Below, in pieces: positions 9,199 through 18,288 of a stretch of DNA of 64,000 nucleotides. Source of the DNA: an uncultured Gammaproteobacteria bacterium. GTDB lineage: Bacteria; Pseudomonadota; Gammaproteobacteria; CAWCPV01. The first letter of the stretch is position 1. Every line of letters begins with the position of its first letter. The translations under genes were made by a program, and so were the position numbers. The stretch is from the NCBI GenBank assembly GCA_963797555.1, contig CAWCPV010000003.1, positions 576,001-640,000 on the forward strand. The letters are read 5' to 3'. The notes beneath the pieces were generated by a model. That model saw nothing but the letters and a program-made list of their open reading frames with translations, made no database searches and was not told the origin of the DNA.

Positions 9199-11772
9199 AT
9201 GCGTAGCCTTCTGAGGCGCGCTTCTTCTGCCAGGCTCCTGCGTCCCGCCGCGGCCCTCACCAGCGTGGTGGTGTTCTGCGTGGCCTTATGGGTGATTCAC
9301 CGCTCCGTTACTCAACTGTCGCTTCACGATGTGGCGCGTGCGCTGCACGCCGTGGCGTGGAGCGATGCCACTATCGCCTTCCTGCTGTCCTTCGGCAGCT
9401 ACGTGGCCCTCACCGGCTTCAACGTCCTGGGCCTTCGCTTCGTCGGCTCGCCCTTGCCCTACCGCCAGGTCGCGCTGGCCTCCTTCATGGCCCAGGCGAT
9501 TGCCCACACGGCCGGGTTCGCTGCGCTCACAGCGACCTCCATCCGCTTCCGTCTCTACTCCGACGCCGGTGTCAAGGCAGTCGACGTGGGCCGCGTGGCG
9601 GTCTTCTGTGCGACCAGCTTCGGGCTTGGCGCTACGGCGGTGATCGCGGTGGCCGCACTTTCCCAGACCCAGCATGTGGCCGACGCGTTGCGGCTGCCGG
9701 CCGTCCTGGTAAAGCTCTGTGGCCTGCTTGCCGCCGGGGCGCTGGTGGTTTACGCCGCCGTGACCGCGATGCGACCCCAGGTCCGCGTCAGGGGCTGGTC
9801 CCTGACCCTGCCGAGCTGGCGGACCACGCTAGGCCAGGCGGCCCTCGCCGTTCTCGACCTGACGCTGGCAGCGGGCGCCCTCTATGTTCTGATGCCCAAC
9901 GGCGCCGAGGGCAGCTTCCCCTCCTTCCTGGGTTTGTACACCATCGCTATCACGGCAGGCGTGCTGAGCCACGTGCCGGGCGGAGTGGGCGTGTTCGAGG
10001 GCATGATCCTTCTGTTCTTCCCGCAGCTTTCGACCGCGGACCTGCTCGGGGGCGTGCTCGTGTACCGGCTCGTCTACAACCTGCTGCCGCTGGTCCTCGC
10101 GGTCGGCTTTCTAGGGGTTTACGAGGTGGCAGACCGCCTGACTACGCTGCGGGCGGTGTTGCGCCGGGCCGGTGGGCTGGCCGAGCGCATCGCACCATCG
10201 GCGTTTGCCACTCTGGCCATGGTGGGAGGACTGGTCCTCCTCGCGTCATCGGCGACCCCGGCTGTGCCGAGCCGCCTGCATCTGCTGAGCGCTCTGGTGC
10301 CACTCCCGTTGATGGAGCTGTCGGCCATGGTGGCGAGTCTCGTCGGGGTGTTTCTGCTGCTGCTCGCCAGAGCCCTGTTCCGCCGCGTGGATGGTGCCTG
10401 GGTGGCCGGGGTAGGACTGGCCAGTGCAGGGGCCGTTGCGTCGCTGATGAAGGGCTGGGACTACGAGGAGGCCACCCTAATGGCGGTCACGGCGCTCCTC
10501 TTGGCGCTGACGCGGCGCGCCTTCTACCGCAAGGCCAGCATGCGCGCACAGCGCTTCACGGCCGGGTGGGCCGCGGCGGTGACGGTGGTGGTGCTAGGCG
10601 TGCTGTGGCTCGGATGGTTCTCTTTCAAGCACGCCGAGTACTCGACGCAGATGTGGTGGCAGTTTGCTCACGACGCCGAGGCGCCGCGCGCCCTACGGGC
10701 CACGATGCTGGCGTTGGTGGTGGCAGTCGTGGCGATGGCCTCTCGGCTGCTCTCCCCGGCGCCCCCGTCGCCTCGATGGCCGGGCCCGGAAGAGATTGAA
10801 AAGGCCGGAGGTCTGGCCCGAGGCGCTCAGTGCACTGAGGCACAGCTCGTGTATCTGGGCGACAAGCACCTGCTGTGGTCCGAGGACCGGACGGCCTTTC
10901 TGATGTATGGTCGGGCCAGCAAGTCTCTGGTGGTGATGGGTGACCCGGTCGGCCGCGCCGAAGCCTGGCCAGACCTGGTTTGGTCGTTCCGGGAGCTATG
11001 CGACCAGCATGGTCGCTGGCCGGTGTTCTACCATGTGCGGGCGGAGACGCTGCCGCTCTACCTGGAGCTGGGGCTTGGCTTTGTGAAGCTGGGCGAGGAG
11101 GCGCTGGTGCCGCTGGCCGGCTTCGGCCTGGACGGCTCGGCTCGCGCCGAGTCTCCGCTACCTACACCGCAGAGCCATGCGCAACGGGGCTACCTTCGAG
11201 CTGCTTCCGGAAGGCTCCGCCTCTCACTGGCCGGCAGACTCCAAGCCGTCTCCGATGCTTGGCTTACGCTGAAGCGTACCCGCGAGAAACGATTTTCCCT
11301 CGGGCGCTTCGACCTCGCGTACCTCGACCGTTTTCCGGTAGCTGTCGTCCGCCGGCGGGAACGCATCGTCGCCTTCGCCAATGTATGGCTGGGCGGCGAG
11401 CGCAGCGAGATGGCCATCGACCTCATGCGCCAGGGGCCGGAGGCTGGCTACGGCACCATGGATTACCTGTTCATCGAGCTGATGCTGTGGGGCAAGTCGA
11501 ACGGCTATCAAACCTTCTCGCTCGGCCTCGCACCTCTCTCGGGGTTCCGCGACAATCCCCTCGCCCCGCTATGGACACGCGTCGGGGCCTTCATCTTCAA
11601 CAACGGCGAGGGCCTGTACAACTTCCAGGGCCTCAGAAGATACAAGGAGAAGTTCGCTCCCCTGTGGCGGCCTCGCTTCATGGCGGGGCCTGGCGGCCTG
11701 GCTCTGCCCCAGGTGGCCGTGGACGTGGCGAACCTGGTTTCCGGCGGTATCATTGGACTGGTGAGCAAGTGA
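9199..11772 (+). CDS. mprF: Bifunctional lysyl/alanyl-phosphatidylglycerol flippase/synthase MprF
   Basis: SHVPGGVGVFE, YRLVY, KLGEEA, EKRFSLG, IDLMR and YNFQGLRRYKEKF motifs; compensated frameshift at ~11150-11225. Confidence 0.93.
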   Translation: MRSLLRRASSARLLRPAAALTSVVVFCVALWVIHRSVTQLSLHDVARALHAVAWSDATIAFLLSFGSYVALTGFNVLGLRFVGSPLPYRQVALASFMAQAIAHTAGFAALTATSIRFRLYSDAGVKAVDVGRVAVFCATSFGLGATAVIAVAALSQTQHVADALRLPAVLVKLCGLLAAGALVVYAAVTAMRPQVRVRGWSLTLPSWRTTLGQAALAVLDLTLAAGALYVLMPNGAEGSFPSFLGLYTIAITAGVLSHVPGGVGVFEGMILLFFPQLSTADLLGGVLVYRLVYNLLPLVLAVGFLGVYEVADRLTTLRAVLRRAGGLAERIAPSAFATLAMVGGLVLLASSATPAVPSRLHLLSALVPLPLMELSAMVASLVGVFLLLLARALFRRVDGAWVAGVGLASAGAVASLMKGWDYEEATLMAVTALLLALTRRAFYRKASMRAQRFTAGWAAAVTVVVLGVLWLGWFSFKHAEYSTQMWWQFAHDAEAPRALRATMLALVVAVVAMASRLLSPAPPSPRWPGPEEIEKAGGLARGAQCTEAQLVYLGDKHLLWSEDRTAFLMYGRASKSLVVMGDPVGRAEAWPDLVWSFRELCDQHGRWPVFYHVRAETLPLYLELGLGFVKLGEEALVPLAGFGLDGSARAESPLPTPQSHAQRGYLRAASGRLRLSLAGRLQAVSDAWLTLKRTREKRFSLGRFDLAYLDRFPVAVVRRRERIVAFANVWLGGERSEMAIDLMRQGPEAGYGTMDYLFIELMLWGKSNGYQTFSLGLAPLSGFRDNPLAPLWTRVGAFIFNNGEGLYNFQGLRRYKEKFAPLWRPRFMAGPGGLALPQVAVDVANLVSGGIIGLVSK

Positions 11773-12533
11773 TGCGATTTCTGCGTTCCGCGCTGGCGGC
11801 TTTGGTTGCCCTGGTTGCCGCGGCGGCGCTTCCAGCAGCGAGCGCTACGGGCCCTGCCCATATGGTCGATATGCCGGCGGGGAAGCCGGGGGGCGATCTG
11901 GCGGTGATCCTGTCCGGTGACGGCGGTTGGGCAGACCTGGACCGCGCGCTCGCGCGAGTCCTGGTCAAAAGGGGCGTGGCCGTAGTCGGCTTCGACTGCC
12001 TGAAGTACTTCTGGCGCCGGCGCACGCCTGAGGCCGCCGCCGCTGCCGTGGCAGATGCACTGCGGCAGCGGCTGGTCGCGTGGCACAAGCATCGAGTGCT
12101 GGTGATTGGTTTTTCCTTCGGAGCCGCCGTGGCGCCCTTCGTGGTCAATCGCTTGCCGCCCGATATCAAGGACCGGGTGGCGCTCGTTGCCATGCTGACC
12201 AGCAACACCTGGGCGAACTGGGAGGTCCATGTCGGTGACTGGCTGATCAACGCCAAGCACGACGGCTGGCTTCCAGTGGCGCCTGAAGCCAAAAGAGTCT
12301 CCGGGACGCTGCTCCTTTGCGTCTACGGACGCAACGAGAAGGAGACCTCCGTGTGTCCCCTGCTGGACGGGCCGGGGCGCGAGGTCATCGCCCTGCCGGG
12401 GGGACACCACTTCGACGGGAACTACGAAAAGCTGGCGGACCTCCTGCTATCCAGGGTGCCCACGGGTCTCGATTTCCCCGCGAAGTCTGCCGTCGGCCTG
12501 TCAGGTGGAGGACCCGCAGCAGCGGGACCTTGA
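11772..12533 (+). CDS. acvB: AcvB/VirJ family lysyl-phosphatidylglycerol hydrolase
   Basis: Signal peptide, SGDGGW, GFSFGA, LPGGHHFDGNY; start overlaps the mprF stop (TGATG). Confidence 0.9.
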   Translation: MRFLRSALAALVALVAAAALPAASATGPAHMVDMPAGKPGGDLAVILSGDGGWADLDRALARVLVKRGVAVVGFDCLKYFWRRRTPEAAAAAVADALRQRLVAWHKHRVLVIGFSFGAAVAPFVVNRLPPDIKDRVALVAMLTSNTWANWEVHVGDWLINAKHDGWLPVAPEAKRVSGTLLLCVYGRNEKETSVCPLLDGPGREVIALPGGHHFDGNYEKLADLLLSRVPTGLDFPAKSAVGLSGGGPAAAGP

Positions 12534-13089
12534 CGCCACCGGCGGAGCCCTTCGACTCATCGGGCTTTGGACCGGGTCAGCGGTCCTCGGGATGGCGAGC
12601 GAGATTCAGCTCAAACCGATGGGGGTGCACCGTCGGCGGTTGGGGTTCTTTCCGGGGGGGTGCCGCGGAAGCCTGTCCCGTTGGCAACTCCCTTCATCGT
12701 CATCGCGTGCACTCTCGGCATCTCGTCCGGCGAGTTCAACGGTAGATAAAGCATCCCCCTGGCCGTCCGTGATGAGGGTCGAGCCAGGTTCAACGCTCCA
12801 TATCTATGTTGACTGCACTTGTATGGATACCCCACTTAAGGATTGGTGATTTTGTCTCGTGCATTCACTCCATCGATTCCCCCCGCATGCCGCGCCTTGC
12901 CGCCTTCGCCCTGCGCCTCCAGCAGGCCGGAAAACCCAAGATGCCCACCGTCGGTGTAGCGTAGCAAGACTCGGCCCCACGAGCTGCGCTCGCCAAAACG
13001 AGGCACGGCCGGCGTCGTCTTGCAGGCGGGCGCTACGCGTTGAGCGGCTCCACAACCCGGAGCTGAAGAATGTACAGTGAGCGTCATGC

Positions 13090-14465
13090 TCTTAGCGTGA
13101 AAGAAGCCCGTTTTTAGGCGCACGGAGGCCTGACCGATGAAGGCCATGGTCTTGGGGAAGGTGAAGGGTTCAGGCGGCGGCTGGCAGGAAGCCGTAGCGG
13201 CTGAGGGCCTTGATCCAGCGTGGGGCGTTGCGTTTCACAAATAGGGCTTCATAGTCAGTGGCCGAATCCCGGTAGTGTTGGCCGCGCGAGAGCATGCAGA
13301 AGATGATACGCAACATCTTGTGGGCCAGAGCGATGATGGCTCGTTTGCGGCCGCGGCGCACCACCAGAGTCTGGAGCTTCGTCTGCAAGGCGCAGCGGGT
13401 ACGGCTTGCGGCATGGGCGAACTCGCACAGCAGACGACGCACATAGGGGTTGCCCTTGCGGGTGCGCCCCGATTGGCGCTTGCCGGCCGACTCGTGGTTG
13501 CCGGGGCAGATACCCACCCAGGAAGCGAGCCGCTCGGCATGACCGAAGGCGCTCATGTCGCTACCGATTTCCACCAGCAGCATGGCGGCACCGATGACAT
13601 TGACCCCTGGTAGGGTCTGCAACAACAGCAGGCTGTTGGCCTCCTCCTTCAGGCCTTCGAGCAAGCGAGCATCGAAGCGGGCGATGCGGGCTTCGAGCTC
13701 CTCGATGTGGCGCATCAATTCATCGAGGACGAAGCGATGAGACTCGGTCAGGTCCCCCTGCAGGGCATCGAGCAGCTCCTCGCGGCTCGCCTTCAGCCGG
13801 CGGCTGGCCAGGGGCAGGACCTCGTGGGCAGCAGCCCCCTGGATGAGGGCTTTCAGCATGGCACGGGCCGACTGGCCGTGGATATCGCTCACCACCACCC
13901 CCAGGCGGATGCCACCATCGGTGAGCACCTTGTGCAGCCGGTTCTTCTCCGAGGCAGCCAAGCCCACGAGCTTCTGTCGCTGCCGGGCGATCAGGCGCAG
14001 CTCGCGCAGTTTGGCCTTCGGCACGAAGGAGGCGCGCAACAGAGCGGCGCGAGCCAACATGGCCAGCCACTGGGCATCGCCGATGTCGGTCTTGCGTCCC
14101 GGGACCTGCTTGACGTGGCGGGCGTTGACCACCTTGGCTTGGATGCCGTGCGCCTCTAGGGCTGCGTAAGGACTTTTCCAGTAAATGCCGGTGCTCTCCA
14201 TGACCACCTCCTCCGGGCGAAATCCCGCGCACCACTCCGCGAGCGCCCGGCGGTCTTTCTTGAAGGCACCGAATTGGCGTTGCTCGATGTAGACTTGGCC
14301 GTCGGCCTCCTCAAGGATGGCACAGGCGGTCACTTGCCCCTGATGCACATCCAGACCGATGACACGCTTGAAGATCGCTACCAGTTCCATGTCGTCTCCC
14401 GTCGCAATACACTCAAGAGATGGGAGACGGCGGGTGCCGGACCGAGTGAGCCTGAAGGCGGCAAG
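13090..14465 (-). mobile_element. IS110 family insertion sequence (ends approximate)
   Basis: Intact transposase; upstream non-coding end with hairpin cgtctccc..gggagacg abuts a truncated cytochrome gene at ~14465; downstream end estimated. Confidence 0.7.
13170..14390 (-). CDS. IS110 family transposase/recombinase
   Basis: GLDVH, MESTG.YW, KTDIGDA DEDD RuvC motifs; GICPGNHESAG, GNPYVR, AIIALAHKMLR. Confidence 0.95.
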   Translation of the reverse strand: MELVAIFKRVIGLDVHQGQVTACAILEEADGQVYIEQRQFGAFKKDRRALAEWCAGFRPEEVVMESTGIYWKSPYAALEAHGIQAKVVNARHVKQVPGRKTDIGDAQWLAMLARAALLRASFVPKAKLRELRLIARQRQKLVGLAASEKNRLHKVLTDGGIRLGVVVSDIHGQSARAMLKALIQGAAAHEVLPLASRRLKASREELLDALQGDLTESHRFVLDELMRHIEELEARIARFDARLLEGLKEEANSLLLLQTLPGVNVIGAAMLLVEIGSDMSAFGHAERLASWVGICPGNHESAGKRQSGRTRKGNPYVRRLLCEFAHAASRTRCALQTKLQTLVVRRGRKRAIIALAHKMLRIIFCMLSRGQHYRDSATDYEALFVKRNAPRWIKALSRYGFLPAAA

Positions 14466-14800
14466 CCGAGACGAAGCCTACATTCGCTGGATCATAGAGG
14501 TCGTAACCCCGATAGAACACGGCGGGCCGCTGGGCAACGGGGCGCAACAGGTCGCGCAAGGTGGGCACCGAGCCGTTGTGAAGGTAGGGCGCGCTCAACC
14601 AGATACCGTCCAGATATTGAGCGACGTAGCCGACGAGCGGCGCTTCCACCAGGCCCTTCCTCTCGATGCCCATGGCGGTCACCACCGTGTTGGACGCCAC
14701 AGCGTGCTCCTTGCCCCAGGTTGCCATACACAACCTCGGCCAAAGGTATCGGCGTCCCAGTCCTGTAACTCCCTGAGGTAAGCCCCCGGCTGCAGGCGCA
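14466..14800 (-). pseudogene. Fragment of a RoxA/cytochrome c peroxidase-superfamily haem protein
   Basis: GYVAQYLDGIWLSAPYLHNGSVPTLRDLL..RPAVFYRGYDLYDPANVGF signature; cut by the IS110 end and the IS200 stub. Confidence 0.75.
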
Positions 14801-14904
14801 GGAAGGGGTTTCTCTCGCGATGCAACGGGAGGGCTGCGCCGCGTGGTGTGCAGCACAGGGACGCCAGCTTCAAGCGGTCTTTTCCGATGACGGCGCCTCG
14901 GGTG

Positions 14905-15100
14905 GACGCCCCGAAGATCTGCTTCTTCCTGCGCTTCGGGATGAATACCACATGGTACTTACAGTCCCACTTCGTGTGGCTCGGACTCTGGTACTCTTTC
15001 ATCGTGGATCCCCTTCTCTTGGCGGAGATTGAAGATTCACGGCGACCGTCGTATAGGTCAAACCTCGGTGAGTCCCCCGGTCAGCATGGAAACCCTGACG
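14905..15100 (-). pseudogene. tnpA: IS200/IS605 TnpA N-terminal stub with its upstream end
   Basis: MKEYQSPSHTKWDCKYHVVFIPKRRKKQIFG from 15002, similarity then lost. Confidence 0.85.
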
Positions 15101-15622
15101 TAGACAACCGCGGGGCCGTTGTTCTCTTGCGCCATGGCACAGAGCCTCTCGTCCGTCGAGTGCGTGCATTGGCCGCTTCTCAGGAAGGCAGAGCGCAGTC
15201 ATGGGCCGCTGCGTCGCGCTGCAAATAGAGGGATACAGCGCCCGGGGCGGCTCCCCGTTCCTCCCCTAAAGGCTGCGTGGCTCCTAAGGAACACCGGTGG
15301 CCGACACACGGCCGACTTGTGCTGGCGAGCCGCTGCGCCCGTGCCGGCCTCGAGCAGCACCGCGGCAGCTCTCTGCCTTCTCAGGCGGCGAGCGGCTCGC
15401 CGTCGCCGCGAGGTGGAACTGGAATTATTTGATCGACAAGGTCCTCAGAGAATCGTCGAGGACGCAAATGCAGAAATGGCAGCTCTCAGGGACATTGGAG
15501 AGCGCCGGCGCGCCACCAAAGTGCACTTCGACGAACTGAGGAATCAGGCCTCACGGGGGGTGCTCTGGGAGCAAGGGATCTCCGGCGACCCGATTAGACG
15601 GCTCCTCACGGTGCCCGCAGCA

Positions 15623-15880
15623 TCAAAAGTACCTCAAGACAAGATACGCGATGGCCGCTATACAGGCCAGAATGCCCGGAACGGCAATTAACGTCACGGT
15701 CCGTTGGCGCTGCAACGCGAGCCGCTGGAGACTGACGGACTCCGCGACGCTTTCCCTGGACTTTTTGATCTGTTCCTGTGCGATGGCCTGCTGCGCGGAC
15801 AGCAACTGAATTATCTCGCGCTGCTCGTCGCGGATCTCGCGAAGGGTATCAAGAATCTGCTGTTGGTTCTCTTCGCTCAT
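15623..15880 (-). CDS. Small coiled-coil membrane protein in an integron-like cassette
   Basis: 85 aa with coiled N-terminus and C-terminal TM; flanked by the 11-bp inverted repeat attagacggct/agccgtctaat. Confidence 0.7.
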   Translation of the reverse strand: MSEENQQQILDTLREIRDEQREIIQLLSAQQAIAQEQIKKSRESVAESVSLQRLALQRQRTVTLIAVPGILACIAAIAYLVLRYF

Positions 15881-15899
15881 CGCAATTTCAGCCGTCTAA

Positions 15900-15950
15900 T
15901 TGAGAGAGGGGAGGTCTCACGACCTCCCCCCACACCATCGCGGGTAGAGT
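15900..15950 (-). other. Group II intron 3'-end remnant (domain VI, degenerate domain V)
   Basis: Minus strand ggtgtg-gggggaggtc-gtga-gacctcccct-ctctcaat ends in AAT directly before TAGACGGC. Confidence 0.6.
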
Positions 15951-16154
15951 CCGGGTCAAGTCCTTCGCTTTGCCAACCCCGCCCGCTCGGGGCCCACTCT
16001 CGCCGTCCATGCCGCCCCATGACAGCCGACGGCCACCTCAATCGCGGCCCTTGTTAAGGCCACAACTGGCTCGAGGCCGGGGCGTTCTGCCCCTTGCACG
16101 TCGGTCAGCCCGACCAGTGGAGGGCGGCCGTCGTGAACGCGCAGCTACACCCGC

Positions 16155-16547
16155 TCAGTCGTGGGAGGCCTCCCTCACGTAGCCAGATTCTTTCTTCAGG
16201 TAGGCGATGATGTCCGCGCGTTCCTGGGCGCTGGAGACCGAGAAGTTCATGGCTTGGCCCGGGATCAGCTTCTCGGGATCGCTGAGCCACAGATCCAGGG
16301 TCCGCTCGGACCACACCACGTTGGCGGATCTCACGGCGTCGGAGTACGAGTAATCGGCGACCGAGCCCGCCTTGCGCCCGTAAACCCCCTTGTGGGCGGG
16401 GCCGACGAGGTTGTGCTCGATGGAATGACAGGCCCCGCACTGGGTTTCGTACAAGAGCTTGCCGCGAACGGCGTCGCCTGCCGCGTTGGCGCCGCCGCAT
16501 GCGCCGAGCAGGCAGAGATACACTCCCACTGTCATGTGCTTTGCCAT
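16155..16547 (-). CDS. Periplasmic class I cytochrome c (c2-like)
   Basis: Signal peptide, CGACH, GP.H.GVYGRKAGS, PGQAM distal Met; AGGAG RBS. Confidence 0.93.
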   Translation of the reverse strand: MAKHMTVGVYLCLLGACGGANAAGDAVRGKLLYETQCGACHSIEHNLVGPAHKGVYGRKAGSVADYSYSDAVRSANVVWSERTLDLWLSDPEKLIPGQAMNFSVSSAQERADIIAYLKKESGYVREASHD

Positions 16548-16562
16548 GATCGTTCTCCTTTC

Positions 16563-17927
16563 TCAGAAAGCCATCCACGCGCTCAGGAACAGGGTATTGT
16601 TGTCGGAGGCGTTGCGACCGGCCCCATCGTAGTTGTGCGCTGCACCGTCGAACTCGCTGTAGATGACGTACTGCAGCGTGAGCTGGACGTTCAGCCACGG
16701 CCAAAACGCGGGACCGCCATTCTTGTGCAAGGGCATGTAGTCGAGCTGGATGATCCAGCCGTTGCTGTTGGGACTGCCGGTGCGACTGTCTGCGTAAAGC
16801 AGCGGGTCGGTGTTGCCGTTGATGTTGAAGTACCCGAGGTTGAACCGATACGTCTTGTCGTAGAGATAGGCGAAGCGGGCCTTGAAGGTGCGCAGCGTAT
16901 CCTCGGCATTGCTCGTCTCGCCCAGCGGCTGACTGGCATCCCACCCCTGCTGCTCATGGATCCAACTGGTCTGGAAGGTCAGGCCGTGAACGTTGCCCAA
17001 GTATTGGTACTGGGCGTCGACCGCCACATCGGTGAAGTGGTTGGTTCCGCCGAGCTCGTCCCGCCCGAGGAAGGTATGGGCATCCAGCCCGAAGGTGCCC
17101 ACCTCCAGGGAGTGTTTGCCCCAGTTGTAGGGCAGCGCCACGCGCCAATAGGGCGCGGTGCCGTCGATCCAGTCCTCCTCGCTGGTGTTGACCCCGAAGG
17201 CGCGCTGCGTGCCGTTGGAGAGGGTACGGTAGCCATCGAGCTCGGCATACACCCGGTGGTCGAACAGGGTATAGCCCCCGAGTCCGAGGACCTGCTGAGC
17301 GAGCCCCTCGTCGATGAGGGTGGAAGCCGCCGGGGTGGGCGCCAGATCGGAGCTGACGAAGGGGAAGCTCCACACCGGCGTGCTGTTCCAGAGGTCTTGG
17401 ACCGAGGGGTTGTTGTTGACGGTGATGCCGTAGGTGACCGGCCGTTCGGCCATCGAGGCGCTGTGCGCGTATCGGATGTCGAGGTTGTCCCAGCCGAGAT
17501 TGTGTTCCACGCCGCTATAGGTGATCTGGGCGAACATGCCGAGGCTATCGAGGAGCCTGCCTCCGTAGAACACACTCGTCTCCTGCAGCGCCAGATTGTC
17601 GTTCGGGCCGAAGAACTCACCGGCCCCCTCGGGCTGGGAGGCGCTGGTATGGGTGAACGTCGGTACGAGCATTCCCGAGAAATGCCCGAACCATGAGAAC
17701 GCGTGGCTGTCCTTGACATAGCCGTTGAGCTTGAATTCCCGCCCGAACGGGGTGAGCTCCGGGTACGCCGTGTGGCACACGTTGCAGCGCAATCCCGTCT
17801 GGCGGGCAAAGGAGGGAATGGCCCAGGCATCGCGTGCGGGAATGGACAGGATGCCCGCAGCCAGCATGAGCAGAGCAAGGCGAGAGAGAACCACGCGCCG
17901 ATAGCCCGTACCCGACCAGTTGAACAT
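16563..17927 (-). CDS. cyc2: Cyc2-like fused monohaem cytochrome c-porin (outer membrane)
   Basis: Signal peptide then AIPSFARQTGLRCNVCHTAYPELTPFGREFKLNGY (Cyc2 haem-domain signature); beta-strand-rich body; terminal aromatic residue (WMAF). Confidence 0.85.
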   Translation of the reverse strand: MFNWSGTGYRRVVLSRLALLMLAAGILSIPARDAWAIPSFARQTGLRCNVCHTAYPELTPFGREFKLNGYVKDSHAFSWFGHFSGMLVPTFTHTSASQPEGAGEFFGPNDNLALQETSVFYGGRLLDSLGMFAQITYSGVEHNLGWDNLDIRYAHSASMAERPVTYGITVNNNPSVQDLWNSTPVWSFPFVSSDLAPTPAASTLIDEGLAQQVLGLGGYTLFDHRVYAELDGYRTLSNGTQRAFGVNTSEEDWIDGTAPYWRVALPYNWGKHSLEVGTFGLDAHTFLGRDELGGTNHFTDVAVDAQYQYLGNVHGLTFQTSWIHEQQGWDASQPLGETSNAEDTLRTFKARFAYLYDKTYRFNLGYFNINGNTDPLLYADSRTGSPNSNGWIIQLDYMPLHKNGGPAFWPWLNVQLTLQYVIYSEFDGAAHNYDGAGRNASDNNTLFLSAWMAF

Positions 17928-18288
17928 GTTGTTTCTCCTGTTATTCTTCGAGGGTCCTCTTGTGGACCGCTCAACGGGTTAGTGGGACGTTCGCGCCGTC
18001 CGGGAACTGCTAAATCAAGTTCTTCTTACCTCCACGGTCAGGCGGACTTTCCTTTCCCGCAGACCGACTTTTGAAATGTCAACGGTCAAAACTTCGGAAC
18101 AGAGAGGCCCAGGAAATGCCGCAACACCTCCCATTCGCACGCGCAACAGGTGTCTTGGGCGGCCCTCCTACGCGCGCTCGCTAGCGCCGGACATCTACAC
18201 CTTCCCAAGCCGGACTGCCTCGCTAGACAGCCGAGCACGTGTGCCCCTGCTGCGACACTGGCCTGCCAGCGCGACATGGCTCATCTCT

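Noticed and set aside
11140-11230. Programmed frameshifting in mprF and other genes
   Set aside because: No consistent slippery sequences; indels are scattered across unrelated genes, which fits sequencing error better.
12611-12835. IS1595-like transposase scrap (VEPGSTLITDG on the minus strand)
   Set aside because: Only ~11 residues of resemblance; too short to support.
15550-15950. Complete group II intron or functional integron
   Set aside because: No RT/maturase, no intI and no full attC hairpin; only terminal scraps.
18070-18081. FNR box upstream of cyc2 (ttgaaatgtcaa)
   Set aside because: Spacing is TTGA-N4-TCAA, not the TTGA-N6-TCAA of FNR/CRP-family sites.
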